Positions 1-13,465 of a stretch of 64,000 nt of DNA are shown piece by piece; position 1 is the first letter of the stretch, and every line of letters starts with the position of its first letter. This stretch comes from Chiloscyllium plagiosum (lineage: Eukaryota). A program made the translations under genes and the position numbers. The notes under the pieces were generated by a model, which saw only the letters and a program-made list of their open reading frames with translations, searched no databases and was not told where the DNA came from. The stretch spans positions 11,554,915 to 11,618,914 of the forward strand of contig NC_057752.1 of assembly GCF_004010195.1 (NCBI RefSeq), read 5' to 3'.

Positions 1-142
1 AGAAGCGCTTCACAGGAGGCTTCCAAGCACTGAGGATGTCACCTAGACAGGGAACGAAACGTCTGCAACACAAATTCCCAGCTCGGCGAACAGAACCACA
101 ACAACGAGCACCTGAGCTACAAATCTTCTCCCAAACTTTGAA
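1..142 (+). mobile_element. Penelope-like element 3' terminal (pLTR) fragment containing a hammerhead motif
   Basis: Same sequence recurs at 13280-13465 and 49892-50008; contains CTGAGGA..GAAACGTC. Confidence 0.7.
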
Positions 143-665
143 CCCACACCATCTCTTTTTTTATAACCCACTGGCAATACAACTTGATGAAATTCTGCCA
201 TTTCTCATGTGCCTGAATATGTGATGATCTCTGTTTCCTCATCAAGCCATCACTTTTAAAATAGTAACATTCAGGAATGTGCTCAAATTCTTCTTCTGTG
301 TTTTTTTTTTGATACAACTGCTTCAGTTTTTCATTTTTCTGTTGTAACTCAGTTAATTTGTTTGAGTTATAAATATCCACTTTGTCCTCCACCTGTTCTT
401 GCTTTGTCTCAACCATTCGATTAAACATGGTCTCTGATAATTCCACTTCAAATTCCTTATCTGTATTCTTTGATTTCTCCTCCTGTTTCAACTGGTGGCT
501 TTGTGACCTTGTTATCACACAGTCAGGAAAAATCCCAGGGTACACTTACTGTAATACCTCAGTGCCTGGTTTTCCAATGGCTTTTCAACCACAGTAGGCA
601 GAACACCCCCAAGGTCACTTCTTTCACCCCCAGTAAACTCTTAGCGATTACTACACTAAGCACTG
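143..665 (-). mobile_element. Gmr1-like Gypsy pol fragment (protease-to-integrase linker)
   Basis: ORF 117-545 (YPGIFPDCVITRSQS...LTELQQKNEKLKQLY) is a paralog of ORF 52723-53232, which lies inside the larger Gypsy element. Confidence 0.7.
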
Positions 666-759
666 TTTAAACCAACTGAATACAACAGCCGGAACAAAAG
701 ACACCAACACCTATCACTTGTCACCTTTGAATCCAATAACTCTAATCCAAAATGGAATA

Positions 760-1100
760 GGAATACCATAGAAAATACCATAGAATACCTACAGTGTGGA
801 AACAGGCCAATTGGCCCAACAAGTCCACAACGACCCTCCAAAGAATATCCCGCCCAGATACCATCCCCCTATCCGATCACCCTGTATTTCTCAAATCAAA
901 TGCACCTAACCTACACATCCCTACACACTATGGGCAATTTAGCTTGGCCAATTCACTCTCACCTGCACATTAAAACTGAAGCATCCAGAGGGAACCCAGG
1001 CAAACACGGGGCGAATACTTAAACTCTCGAGACAGCCGGCTGAGGCTGGAATCAAACCTGGGTCTCTGGCGCTGTGAGGCAGCAGTGCTAACCACTCTGG
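760..1100 (-). mobile_element. HE1-like tRNA-derived SINE
   Basis: tRNA-like head (gtggttagcactgctgcctcacagcgccagagacccaggtttgattcc on the minus strand) and CR1-type tail (cctgtttccacactgtagg, followed by short repeats). Confidence 0.8.
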
Positions 1101-1138
1101 AATTCTTGAATCAATCCCAATAAAAGGAGGACCCAATT

Positions 1139-1548
1139 TGTTATGGACCAGGTCAGACCCCTCAAAATATTTTAACCATTCGAAAGCCTAACCATCCCGA
1201 CATAGTAATGGTTCCAACATGACAACATCACGTAAACACGCCCCTTAGTAAAAAAGCAAATTCAAACACAGATTCTTACAGGCAGCAGGGAGCAACATTA
1301 ACGGAGATTTCACAAGAAGGACAGAGGAATTCCTTCCTGAAACTTGCAACTCCTCTGGACTCACACATCTTGTGACTGCTGCAGTTAAAAACAAACTAGA
1401 AAATACATGAACTGGGAGAACTGGCCACTCACCTTCCATTGTTAAATTAAACACTTCCTAGTCTCCTCAACATGTCTGCCTTTACAACCTCTTCCAAAAA
1501 GTCCAGGACAATATACAATATAATCTGTTTGAAGTGACAACACCATCC
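1139..1548 (-). mobile_element. Gypsy LTR (5' LTR of the minus-strand element, internally deleted)
   Basis: Begins tgttatggaccagg; homologous to 54407-54790, 27707-28490 and 48592 onward; PBS-like TTGGG remnant follows on the minus strand. Confidence 0.65.
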
Positions 1549-2507
1549 CAGGTTTTCCAATAGTTGTTATCTTAAATTCTGCTTTATTTTGTTCATACTT
1601 GAACTTTAGGGTTTAAGTAAATTCTGTTTTGCCGACAGCAGAGTGGCTCAATGAGTAGGGTTATGAAGTTGAAGGCAGGTATTGTACATTTAAGAGAGAG
1701 TGAAAGCTGGCAAACACCTGTGATGTCACAGAGTATACTGGACAATTTGAAGATGTAACATTTGCCAGTAACTCATATACTGAGTTGTTTTCGCAGCAAT
1801 TCAAATTCAGCCAAACAGTTTAAATTATGCCCCAGGATACTAAAATCCAATCGAATTTGAATTTTGCTGTTTTGACAACATTGAACCAATGAGACGCTCC
1901 GATGTTTTGGGGCATAAAAAAGCAGGCATTTTGCACTTTTAGCCAGAGGAAGAGCACCTTCTGCCTTCGACCGACTGCCCACAAACTCTCACTCTGAAAA
2001 GTACCTTTTTCAGATGAAAAGTCTCTGCAGCAGAAGACCGATGACGACCCAGGGAGATGTACAAACATAGGAAGCTTGATGCCTGAAAATAACAACCACA
2101 GTCTGGTTTTGAAAATCGATTTGCTATAAATGTCATAAGGGCTTTATCGGGTCAGTGTATTGTTATAGAGTGGGAGGTAGATAACAAACCTTTAAGACCA
2201 CGTAGGCATCGTGTTGTAAATATTGTTGTTTAACATTGTCTTTTGGAGTTAAAGAATAAAATTGTTTTTTTTCTTTAAATAGTGGAACGTGGATAGTTCT
2301 CTGTCACTCATACTTTCACAGATTATGGGGCGAGGTGAGCTTTTCTGTGTGTTTAGTTTAATTAGCAGGAGTGTTTACCCAGTGTCATAACAGTTGCATC
2401 ACACCTGGATTACCCAATTCCCACCTGCCTTTACAATAAGAAAACATTAGGGTCTTGGTTACCTTCTTAAAATATTTTGAGGGGGCTCTGGCCTGGTTCA
2501 TAATAAC
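1549..2507 (+). mobile_element. Opposite-orientation copy of the same LTR with a nested solo LTR of a second family (about 1632-2391)
   Basis: Ends ...ggcctggttcataataaca, the reverse complement of the LTR terminus; the nested part ends gtcataaca and resembles 58619-59841. Confidence 0.5.
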
Positions 2508-3281
2508 ACTCTCTAAAACCCTTTGATGAATCGTGTGCCCCAGAACGACACAATCAACAGGATTTATACTTCCAGTGGACGTGTCTAGGGTTGTGAAGTT
2601 TCAGTTCTTCGTCTCATACATTAAAGATTGCATTTTCTTCCTTCAGACTGAACTCGAAAATTAAACCAATGGAGCGTCGAACCATTCCCTGAATTTTATT
2701 CGCTCCCGTCCATGTTCCCTTCCCTTCCAGGAATGTTCTATCCCATTCCAAGTTATAAAATCGACCATATTCAATGACTGTCATTTGTAACTTCATTTCA
2801 CTTTGTCATTCCTCCCAGGTGGACTACATCCCAGAGTTCTGAAGGAGAGAGCTGAGAAGATTGTGGAGGCATTGGTGGTGATCTTTCAGGAATCACTGGA
2901 GCCAGGGAGGGTCCCAGAGGACTGCAAAGTGACAGCGTTCTTTAAGAAGGGATGGAGGCAGAGCAGTGAAAACTACAGGCTGGGTTCATCTGACCTTGAT
3001 TATTGGTCAGATTTTAGAGTCCATTATGAACCACAGACCCACAGAAGTGATACGGCGCAGAGCAGGTCCATTGGGCCCATCTTGTTTGCACTGACCCAAA
3101 GACACCCAGATACCCTTCCTATCCCATCTTCCTGCACATGTCCCAGAGCCCGGCAGTTTACAGCACCTACAGTGCAGACTCAGGCACTTTTTAAAAGAGT
3201 TCAGGGGCTCTGCCTCCAACACTAACTCAGATGGTGAACTCCAAACACTCACCACCCACTGTGTAAAAATGTTTTCCTCTC

Positions 3282-4200
3282 CATAAGATCATAAGACATA
3301 GGAGAAGAAATTAGGCCACTCGGCCCCATGAGTCTGCTCTGTCATTCAATCATGGCTGCTAAGTTTATCAACTCAAGTCTCCTGCTTTCTCCCTGTACCA
3401 TTGATGCAGTTGCCAATCAAGAGCCTATCTATCTCAGTCTTAAATGTAGTTAATGACCTGGCCTCCACAACCATCTGAGGCAATGATATCCATAGATTCT
3501 CCACTTGCTGGCCGGAGAGATTTCTCCTTATCTCTGTCCTGAAGGGGCTTCCCTTTACTCGAAGGCTATATTCTCGTGCCCTCGTCCCTCTTACCAATGG
3601 AAACATCTTCCCAACATCCACTTTGTCCAGGCCGTTCAGTATTCTCTAAGTTTCAATTCGATCCTCCCCTCAACCTTCTAAACTCAATGGAGTACAGACC
3701 CAGAGTCCTTAAACATTCCTCACATGTTAATGCTTTCATTCCTGGGACGATTCGCATGATGCTCTTCTGAACATGCTCCAGGGCCAGTCCATTCTTCCTG
3801 AGAGATGGGACCCAAAATTGCACTCAATACACCAAATGTGGTCTGACCAGAGCTTTATAACGCCTCAGAAGTATTTCCCTGCTTTTATATTCTGGTCCTC
3901 TCGAATTAAATGCCAACATTACATTTGCCTTCCTCACTACTCACTCAAACTGCAAGTTTATCTCGAGAGAATTCGGGACTAGAACTCCTAATTCTCTTTG
4001 CACTTCAGACTTCTGAATTTTCTCCCCATTTAGAAAATAATCCATGCCCCTATTGTTCCGATCAAAATGCATGACCTCACTCCTTCCCACATTGCACTCC
4101 AGTTGCCACTTCTTTGCCAAATCTCCAAACCTGTGCAAACCCTTCTCCAGCCTCCCTGCCTCCTGCAAAGTACCTGACCCTCTTCCTATTTTTGTATCAT
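3282..4200 (-). mobile_element. CR1 LINE ORF2 3' fragment (RT C-terminus)
   Basis: Minus-strand ORFs such as KKWQLECNVGRSEVMHF and KMFPLVRGTRAREYSLRVKG; cataaga-type tail. Confidence 0.85.
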
Positions 4201-5169
4201 CCCCTCTCGTCTTTCTGCCACTTTGTTGAATCTATGAGCCCATGGTTTTGAACTCTCTGCCAAGGGAAACGGTTTCTTCCTGTCCAGTCCATCTCTACTC
4301 TTCACAGTTTTGTCCACATGGATATTTGGGATGAGATTGTGGAGTGGTTGGAAGTGCATGGTGAAATAGGGCTAAGTCAGCACGGCTTCATCAAGGGGAG
4401 GTCATGCTGGACAAACCTGTTTGACGTCTTTGAGGAAGTAATGAGCAGAGACTGTTTCTTCAATCACTGATGCACTCACACAGGTATCAAGCTCCATTTG
4501 AACATTAAACCAGACGTTTATTTTGATTGGTTCTGATTTGGATGTTGCTAAGCAATTTACCTTTTCCAATCCAGATGTGTGTCGCTTTTTTCAGGGTGTT
4601 CACTCTCCTGGATACTACCCTGTGACTTCTCTTACTCAATTCAGATCTAGAGAGATTCTTTTCTTCCCTTGAGACCGCATACCAGCAGCAACTGCAATGG
4701 TTTTCCAGCCCATATCTGGAAGCAAATGTTAGCGGTTTAGCCGAGGCTTGGCTTTGTTGTGGGGTTTTGTTGTGGGTTGACCTCGAGTCCCTCTGTTCAG
4801 AATGTGTCCTTCAAAATTTCTTCTGAGACACTCCGGGTGCAAGAGGTGGGCTGTGGTCCGGTACAAACCACCCGTACCCAAGGCTGAGTGAGAGGAACTA
4901 GACCCAGTGGGAAAACACTCTAGGAGAAGCTACAAGAGAAAGAACATCAAAATGCTGCAACATTTCATTCTATTTGATGCATCTTACAGTGTTCGCAGTG
5001 TTGGTGGTGGAAGCTGAATAGTCAGATCGACACACATTGATTACACAGAAGGATACTAAAGGAAATGTTACTTGGATTGACTGCCTGCATTCCCTGCCTG
5101 CAGGTTGTGTGCTTTTCAAACAAAATAGAATGATTTCGAACTTGGCACATACCAGTCCTTCACCGGCAC

Positions 5170-5850
5170 CTCTACATCAGTGTTGAACTACACTTAGTGT
5201 CTGTTTACTGAATAGAATGGACTGGTTGATCCCAGTGAATACACATTACTGTCGGTGTAGAACTGCACTCAGTTTGCTTCTCAGCCAGAATGGAAAACCT
5301 GCTCCCAGTGACCATGTATGACTGGGATTATCTGTCAGTGTTGAACTGCTCACAGTGTGCATTAATGATCAAAGCTGTATCCCTAAAGCCGGTTAACAAT
5401 GAGTCCTGGGATTATCTGTCAGAGCACAACTGCACTCAGATGCACTAACTGGACTAGATTATCCGATCACATATACAGATATTCTTGAAATCGTTTGTCA
5501 GTCTATAACTGCTCTCAGTGAGTGTCATTAACTGGAGCAGAGTGTGTGATCCCAGTGAACACGTACCCCCGGCATTGACTGTTGGTGTAGACGTGCACTC
5601 AGCGTGTGTCTCTGGCTTGAGTCGAATTTCCAACCTTCGTGACTCCATGTTCCTAGGGTTATCCATTTGGCAATGCACTGCGTGTCACTTAATGGCCAGA
5701 ACTGAAGCCCTGATGCCAGTGAACATTTAGTCTTGGGATTATACATTAGGGGCGAACTACACTCAGTTTTGGGTGTGACAGGACTGGAACACCTTATTCC
5801 AGTGAACATGTACTACTAGGATTATTTGCCAGTCTATAACTGCAGTGTTA
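5170..5850. repeat. Degenerate tandem repeat, unit about 75-85 bp, about 9 copies
   Basis: Recurring motifs gggattatctgtcag, aactgcactcag and cccagtgaac at roughly 80-bp spacing. Confidence 0.6.
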
Positions 5851-7214
5851 GTAACTTCACTGGATTACACAGCTATATTCTCAGGTTTTTTTTAACTGAA
5901 TGCCAATGGATAATGGGCAGTGTACATGAATATTTCTCTGTTTCTCTTTCAAACATCGATTTCAATGTGTTGAAGGAACACTAATAATGTCAATGTTTCT
6001 CTGGTGGAGTGCTTCCTCAGATACTAGTATCTTTTCTTTCAACAATACTTTACTGGCTTTTCTATGAAGGATTCACCACCCTGTAACAAGATTGCACCTA
6101 CCTGCAAGTCACTAGCATCCATCATCATTTCCAAAACCCTGGAAAGTCAAGGATGGGAAAAACTGGTCGATTCATCAGAATTGCCTTCAGCTTCAAGAAA
6201 GCTGCTTGACATTCTGACAACCATCTTTCCATCGAAAACGCTTACCCTAATGGTCAGCTATTTCCTTTTGCATTCAAATGTAGACTGTGCAACCACGTTA
6301 ATTCTTGTTAATCAAGTCCACCAGCCAAGAAGTGTCACTAGATTCGAAGCATCAACTCTGTTTTCTCTCTCCACAGAAGCTGCAAGATTTTTCCAGCACT
6401 TCCTGTTTTTTTCAACCCTTCATCAACTGCAGATCTCTGTTTCGTTATCATAATCTCTAAATGGTGATTTCCCATTTTCACTTGCACTAATTTGACAGGT
6501 CCCTTCATCTCATGGCCACATTTCATTTCAAAAAGACTCAATTCAATCGACACATTCAAAGCAACTGTCATTGAAAATGATAACAAGGGAATTCCTTTAC
6601 CTGAATCATTAAGAGAAGATATACAACAAGCTCTGATCATGAGCTTACAATGTTGATCCATTATTGTATTACAACTTGAATATTTAGGTGATGAGCTGAT
6701 GTCACAAATTATCTTATTCCTAATCTGTGCAACACTTCTTTGAGCATTTGTGGCACAATGTGTTCATTGATAGCTTCAGCATCAAGCTCATAAACATTGA
6801 ATTTTGACTTTGAAAGAATTTTATAATCTGCACATTGATCTTCTGATAAACTGGCATGCACAGAGTTAGCTCTATCTGTAAAAATACCTTACAACATTCA
6901 TGTTAAACCACTTTTTACCACTTTGTCTGTCTAGCTGCATTGTTAAAAGAGGTGACATAACATTCGAATCCATCCTTCATAAAGGTAGGTAATAAGTTCA
7001 GATTTAAGCTTCAGTTCAAACAAATCCTTCATCAGAATAAGAACATTCCTCATGCTTCTATTTCTTCTTCCCTTCTTTAATTTATTTTTGCCAGATCCTG
7101 TTCTCTACTTTCTTTATCTCTTTGGAGTTTAAGATTCTACAATCTCATTTTTCATGAAACACTATTGCTCTTTATCCTCTGTTTTCATTTCAAGTTTCCT
7201 TAACTTTTACATTT

Positions 7215-10200
7215 CGACAGTGAAGCTGAGTGGAAGCAGCCGAATTGCGCTCTGGGAAGGTGAGTGAACTGGCAATGGCTGAACCTGAGACACTCGACGT
7301 GTAGTGTCTGCCACACACCCTCCAACTCTAACCAAAAAAAAATTCTGTGGTGTGTTAGTAAGGTAAGGCTTTTCTTTTTCTTTTTCTTTTCGTGTACTGG
7401 TAAATAGTGTGAATTGTAAGCAATTTTTAAAATTTCATTTCATTTATCAATTATCTGACACTTTGGTTGGGCTAAGTGTTATTCTCCTTTTGCTCAATGT
7501 GGGAGCTCAGTGATGCGGCTGGTGTCACTGACTCCTGCACGCACAGGAAATGTGTCCAGCTGCAGCTCTTGTTAGACCACATGACGGCTCTGGAGCTGCC
7601 AATGGACTCACTTTGGAGCATCTGCAATGCTGAGGAGCTCAGGCACAGCACATTTCACGCATTGGTCACACCGCAGATTAGGATTCCTGAGGCAGAAAGG
7701 GAATGGGTGACCAAAAGGCAGAGAAAGAGTAGAAAGGCAGTGCAGGTGTCCCCTGAGGTCATCTCCCTCCAAAATAGGTATACCATTTTGGATACTGTTG
7801 AGGGAGGTGGCTCACCAGAGGAAGGCCGCAGTAGCCAGGTTCATAGCACTGTCGTTGGCTCTGTTGTACAGAATGACGGGAAAAAGAGTGCAAGGGCTAT
7901 AAGTCAGAGGGGATTCAATTGTAAGGGGAGTAGATAGACAGTTCTATGGTCAAAAACAAGACTCCCAAAGGGTATGTTGCCTCCCAGGTACACTGGTCAG
8001 GGATGTCTCAGATCAGCTACAGGACATTCTGAAAGGGAGGGTGAACAGCCAGCTGTCGTGGTGCATTTTGGCACGAATATAGAGATTAAAAAATGGGATG
8101 AGGTCCTACAAGCATAATTTACAGAGTTAGGAGCCAAGTTAAAAATTAGGACCTCAGAGGTAATAATCTCAGGATTGTTACCAGTGCCACGTGCTTGTCA
8201 GAGACAAAATGAACGAATAGTCAAGATGAATGCATAGATTGAGAGATGGTGCAGGAGAGAGGGGCTAAGATCTTTTGAGGACTTTGGGACCGGGGAGATG
8301 GGACGATGACAAATCAGACAGTCTGCACTTGGGCCCGACTGGAACCAATGTCCTTATGGGTGCTTTTGCTAACGCTGTTGGCGAGGGTTTAAACCCATGT
8401 GGCAGGGGGATAGGAACCAAATGAGGAAGTTAGTGGACAGAAAGGAGTGAGAAACTGAAGCCAATAAGGAACGAGATAATGAAGTCAGCGTGACTAAGGG
8501 AAAGAGTAGGCAGAGAGCAGATGACTAGTGGGCTGAGGTGCATTTGTTTTAATGCGAGAAGTGTAGTAGTTAGGGCAGATGAACTTAGGGCTTGGAGTAG
8601 TTCCTGGAAGTATGATATTATTGCTATTACTGAGACTTGGTTGAGGGAAGGGCAAGATTGGCAACTAAACATCTAAGGATATAGATGCTTCAGGTGGGAT
8701 AGAGAGGGATGGATAAGGGGCGGAGGAGTTGCATTGCAGGTCTGAGAGAATATCACAGCTGTGCTGAAGGAGAGCACTATGGAGGATTCGACTAGTGTGG
8801 CAATATGGGCAAAGCTCAGAAATAGAATGGTGTTGTAACAATGTTGGGGCTCCCAACAGCGAGTATGAGATAGAGGTGCAAATATGGAGACAGATTATGG
8901 AAAGATGCAGGAGCAACAGGGTGGTGTTTTGGGGAGATTTTAATTTTCCCAACATTGACTGGGATTCACTTAGTGTTAGAGGTCTAGATGGAGCAGAATT
9001 TGTCAGGAGCGTCTGGGATTTTTAATGGAACAGTGTGGAAATAGTCCAACTCGGGAAAGGGCCATACTGGACGTAATGTTGGGGAATGAGTCCAGCCAGG
9101 TGGTTGAAGTTCCAGAAGGAGATTATGTTGGGAATAGTGGTCATAATACCAGACATTTTGGAATACTCCTGGATAAAAAACGAGAGTAGGCCTAAACAAA
9201 GTGTGTTAAATTGGGGAAAGGCCGACAATAGCAAAATTTAGCAGGAGCTGGGGAATGTGGATTGGAAGCAGCTGCTTGAGGGTAAATCCAGATTTAGTAT
9301 GTGGGAGGCTTTTAAAGAGAGATTGATTACAGTGCAATGTCTCTGCAAAAATGAGGGACACAAAAGGCAACATTAGGGAACTATAGATGATAGTTGGAAT
9401 TGTGAGACCAGCTGAGAGGAGAAAGGCAGCATACATAAGGTTTAGGCAACTAAAAACAGATGAAGCTTTGAAAGGATATTGGAAAAGTAGAACCAATCTG
9501 AAATGAGGAATTAAGAGGGTGAAGAGGGGTCATGAAATATCTTTAGCGAAGAGGGTTAAAAAATTCAAAAGTATATTATTTGTAGATAAGGAGCAAGAGG
9601 ATAACTGGAGAAAGGGTTGGTCCAGTCAAGGACAAACGAAAGTTATGCATGGGTCAGAGAAAATGGGTGAGATTCTTAATGAGTACTTTGCATTGGTATT
9701 CACCGATGAGAGGGACATGACGGATGTTAAGGTTAGGGATAGATGTTTGATTACTCTAGGTCAAGTCGGCATAAGGAGGGCAGAAGTGTTGGGTATCCTA
9801 AAAGGCATTAAGGTGAACAAGTCTCCAGGTCTGCATGGGATCTATCCCAGGTTACTGAGGGAAGCGAGAGAGGAAATAGCTGGGGTCTTAACAGATATCT
9901 TTGCAGCATCCTTGAACACGGGTGAGGTCCCAGAGGACTGGAGAATTGCTCATGTTGTCCCCTTCTTTAAGAAGGGTAGCAGGGATAATCCAGGTAATTA
10001 TAGTCCGGTGAGCCTGACATCAATGGCAGAGAAGCTGCTGGAGAAGATACTGAGAGATAAGATCTCTTTACATTTGGAAGAAAATGGGCTTATCAGTGAT
10101 AGGCAGCATGGTTATGTGCAGGGTAAGTCTTGTCTTACCAACTTAATAGAATTCTTTGAGGAAGTGACAAAGTTGATTGATGAGGTTAGGACTGTAGATG

Positions 10201-11187
10201 TCAGACACATGGACTTCAGTAACGTGTTTGATAAGGTTCACCCTGGTAGCTTGATGGAGAAAGTAAAGTCAATATGGGGTTCAGGGTGTACTGGCTAGAT
10301 ACGTAGAGCACTGGCTGGGCAATTGGAGACACAGAGTTGTAGCGAAAGGGAGTTTCTCAAAATGGAGGCCTGTGACCAGTGGTGTTACACCGGGATCCGT
10401 GCTGGGACCACTGTTGTTTGTGATATACATAAATGATCTGGAGGAGGGTATATCTTGTCTAATTAGCAAGTTTGCAGATGCCACTAAGATTGGTGGAGTA
10501 GCAGATAGTGAAGAGGACTGTACGAGAATGCAGTAGATGATAGGTTGGAGAGGTGGCTGGAGAAATGGCAGATGGAGTTCAATCTGGGCAAATGCAAAGT
10601 GATGCATTTTGGAAGATCCAATTTGAGACAGTAAATGGAAAAGCACTGGGGGAAAAGTGATGTGCAGAGAGATTTGGGTGTTCTGGTCCATTGTACCCTG
10701 AGAGGGTGCAGAGGAGATTCACCAAGATGTTGCCTGGTATGGAGGGTGTGAGCTTTGAAAAGAGGTTGAGTAGATTAGGATTATTTTACAGAAAGACAAA
10801 TGTTGAGGGGGGGACCTGATTGAGTTCTACAAAATCATGAGGTATAGACAGGGTGGATAGCAAGAAGCTTTTCCCAGAGTGGGAGTCTCAATTACCAGGA
10901 GGCACAGTTCAAGGTGAGAGGGGAAGATTTAAGGGAGATATACGTTGGAAGTTCTTTACGCAGAGGGTGGTGGGTGCCTGGAACGCATTGCCAGCAGAGT
11001 TGATAGAGGCGGGCATGATCGCATCATTTAAGATGTACTTAGACAGATACACGAATGGGCAGGGAGCAGAGGGATACAGATCCTCAGAAAATAGGTGGCA
11101 GGTTTAGGTAGAGGATCTGGATCAGCGCAGGCTTAGAGGGCCGAAGGGCCTGTTCCTGTGCTGGAATGTTCTTTGTTCTTTGTTCTA
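7215..11187 (+). mobile_element. Near full-length decayed CR1 LINE (ORF1 zinc finger/esterase, ORF2 endonuclease and RT)
   Basis: ORF1 CSMWE..CRKC-type motif; EN motifs ITETWL and GDFNFPNIDW; RT region KSPGLHGIYPRLL, VPFFKKG..NYSPVSLT, FADATKIGG; tail ttctttgttctttgttct; many stops. Confidence 0.9.
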
Positions 11188-11660
11188 ACTCGGAGTCCCT
11201 TGCCATTGCAGTTTCTTCACTTCCTCTTCCCACTCAAGTCTTTTCATTCCTCTCTCTGTCTTTTTCTCCCAATTGAAGTCTCATATTAAACTTCATCTTA
11301 ACTGGGTCTCACTGTGACATCTCAATTCCAGGGTTTCCCTTCTACATGCAAAAGTTTATTCATTTCTGTAAACATCTCTTCTGGACAAGATCCTACTTCT
11401 GCTTCTGTCTCCAGTTTAGCTGTTAATTCTCTCAGGTTAGTCCGAGTGAAATAATTCTGATATTCCACTATCATATATTCCACTCTCAGAATACTCTTCA
11501 CAAGATTCCAATTCATTTTAAAACCTCTACAAGAAAATTCACCAGAGCACAGCCACTTTAATTTCAGAAACTCTTGGTACCTGTATTCATAAAAGTGACA
11601 AAGAGTTTTCTTAAAGTCAATGATTTCAGATCCCAGCAAGTGCCCCCAATGTTCTGATTG
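11188..11660 (-). mobile_element. Decayed Gypsy gag 5' region with a tRNA-Pro-like PBS (continues at about 5950-7215 across the CR1 insertion)
   Basis: Minus strand reads ACA-TTGGGGGCACTTGCTGGGATC near 11630-11652, resembling a tRNA-Pro PBS; followed by a degenerate Lys/Glu-rich gag-like frame. Confidence 0.4.
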
Positions 11661-13055
11661 CAGCTGAGGTTGAGACTGGAGAATACAGGTCCAGAATTAA
11701 TTCTGGCTCGATAGGTAGTATCTTTCATTCAGTTAACGAGCCAGTCCTTCACTGGAAGATCACAACATTAGGCTGCAATACATTCTCTACAATAAAACAG
11801 ATGTTTATTGCATGAAATAAATCAAACTAAAATAAAAAGTGATCTAAAAATAACATGGCTTGAAATAGAACATAGAAAAATACAGCGCAGTACAGGCCCT
11901 TTGACCCTCGATGTTGCGCCGATCCAAGTTCCAGTGCCTCCACATCCTTCCTATAGTATGGCGACCAAAACTGCACACAATACCCCAGATGCGTCCGCAC
12001 CAGAGTCTTATACAACTGCAACATGACATTTGCAACTGCAAATACTTCACTACACCCCTCTAATCTCCCAACAACATTATTTTCCAGTGTTCAAGATGCA
12101 GAGAAATTGTCTGTGGAATTTCCAGATTTCATTTAACTGCTTGTTTTCAGCTCCTGCCTTGTGAACTGTGAAATCTTTTTTTTTATTAGATAAGAGTAGA
12201 TTACATTACAGTGTGGAAACAGGCCCTTCGGCCCAACCGACCCGCCGAAGCGCAACCCACCCATACCCCTACATTTACCCCTTACCTAACACTATTTTCT
12301 TGCAATATTCCTAGAATGGGGTGTTTAGGTTTGGTAATTTGCAGAATTTGAGCAAACTCCTGGACTGGAATGTGCACTAACTGTACTCTTTCACTGAGGC
12401 AACCTGTCATCTTAACTGTTTTGACAAATCTCCATTATCAGAGAGCTTGCTTGCTTCTAAGCTCAGTGAGCTCTCTTTTGAACTGAACTGAAATGTTTTC
12501 CAACTAAATTGACAACCTTGTCCTTCACTCTTGTTTAAGCAAACAATGTGATTAAACTACCATGATATCAACAAACTTCTATTAAAAAGGCACTATGAAA
12601 ACTACAGTGTTTCGTAAATCATGGTCTTGAGGGGCCAAAGTAATTAATTTTTAAATCCATCTCAAAAAAAAAAGCATCCAAATGCCAATAATCTGAGAGT
12701 CAAACTCTAAAATAAATAATATTAATACATAAAAAGCACACATGTATACATAAGACAAACTGATTTTCCACTATTTAAGAAAAGAAACACCAATGTTTCT
12801 CTGAACAAAGTGTGCAACCTCACATGTATTCATATCATTTTAGAGCTGTCACACAGCCTTTCCAAAACCCTCATCATCTTCTTTTATTTTGCATTGTGAT
12901 CACTTCACAGATTTCCATCTCAGGTCCAAGCTTGGAGAGTGTCCAAATGCAAGCTGAGATAAGATTGGAAAACTGCTGAGATGTTTGATACAAAATGGTG
13001 GGCCTAATTCTGGGGAGAGACTGAAATCTGGCAGTAATGATGGAGAGGGGATTTT

Positions 13056-13465
13056 GTGTTGTGGTTCTGTTCACCGAGCTGGGAATTTGTGTTGCAGATG
13101 TTTCATCCCCTGTCTAGGTGACATCCTCAGTGCTTGGGAGCCTCCTGTGAAGCGCTTCTGTGATGTTTCCTCCAGCATTTATAGTGATTTATACCTACCG
13201 CTTCAGATTCAATCAATAAGCACATCGACCTGGACCCAATATATCGGCTACTGCAGTGGACAGCTGGAACTGACAACCGGAAGCGGCAGATTCAAACCAC
13301 TATAAATGCCGGAGGAAACATCACAGAAGCGCTTCACAGGAAGCTCCCAAGCACTGAGGATGTCACCTAGACAGGGGACGAAACGTCTGCAACACAAATT
13401 CCAAGCTCAGTGAACAGAACCACAACAACGAGCACCCGAACTACAAATCTTCTCTCAAAATTTGA
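13056..13465. mobile_element. Penelope-like insertion with inverted pLTR arms
   Basis: About 13058-13203 is the reverse complement of about 13279-13426; the spacer encodes SINKHIDLDPIYRLLQWTAGTDNRKRQ, a PLE ORF C-terminus. Confidence 0.75.
13351..13390 (+). ncRNA. Minimal type I hammerhead ribozyme (PLE-associated)
   Basis: GCA-CUGAGGA-U-[GUC A CCU AGAC AGG G GAC]-GAAAC-GUC-UGC: intact core, stem II, palindromic ACGU stem III and GCA/UGC stem I. Confidence 0.7.

Noticed and set aside
5170..5850. CRISPR array or C2H2 zinc-finger array
   Set aside because: Eukaryotic context, no identical repeats with unique spacers, and no CxxC/HxxxH periodicity in translation.
9519..10298. 259-aa ORF as a host gene
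   Set aside because: It is a fragment of CR1 ORF2, with stops on both sides.
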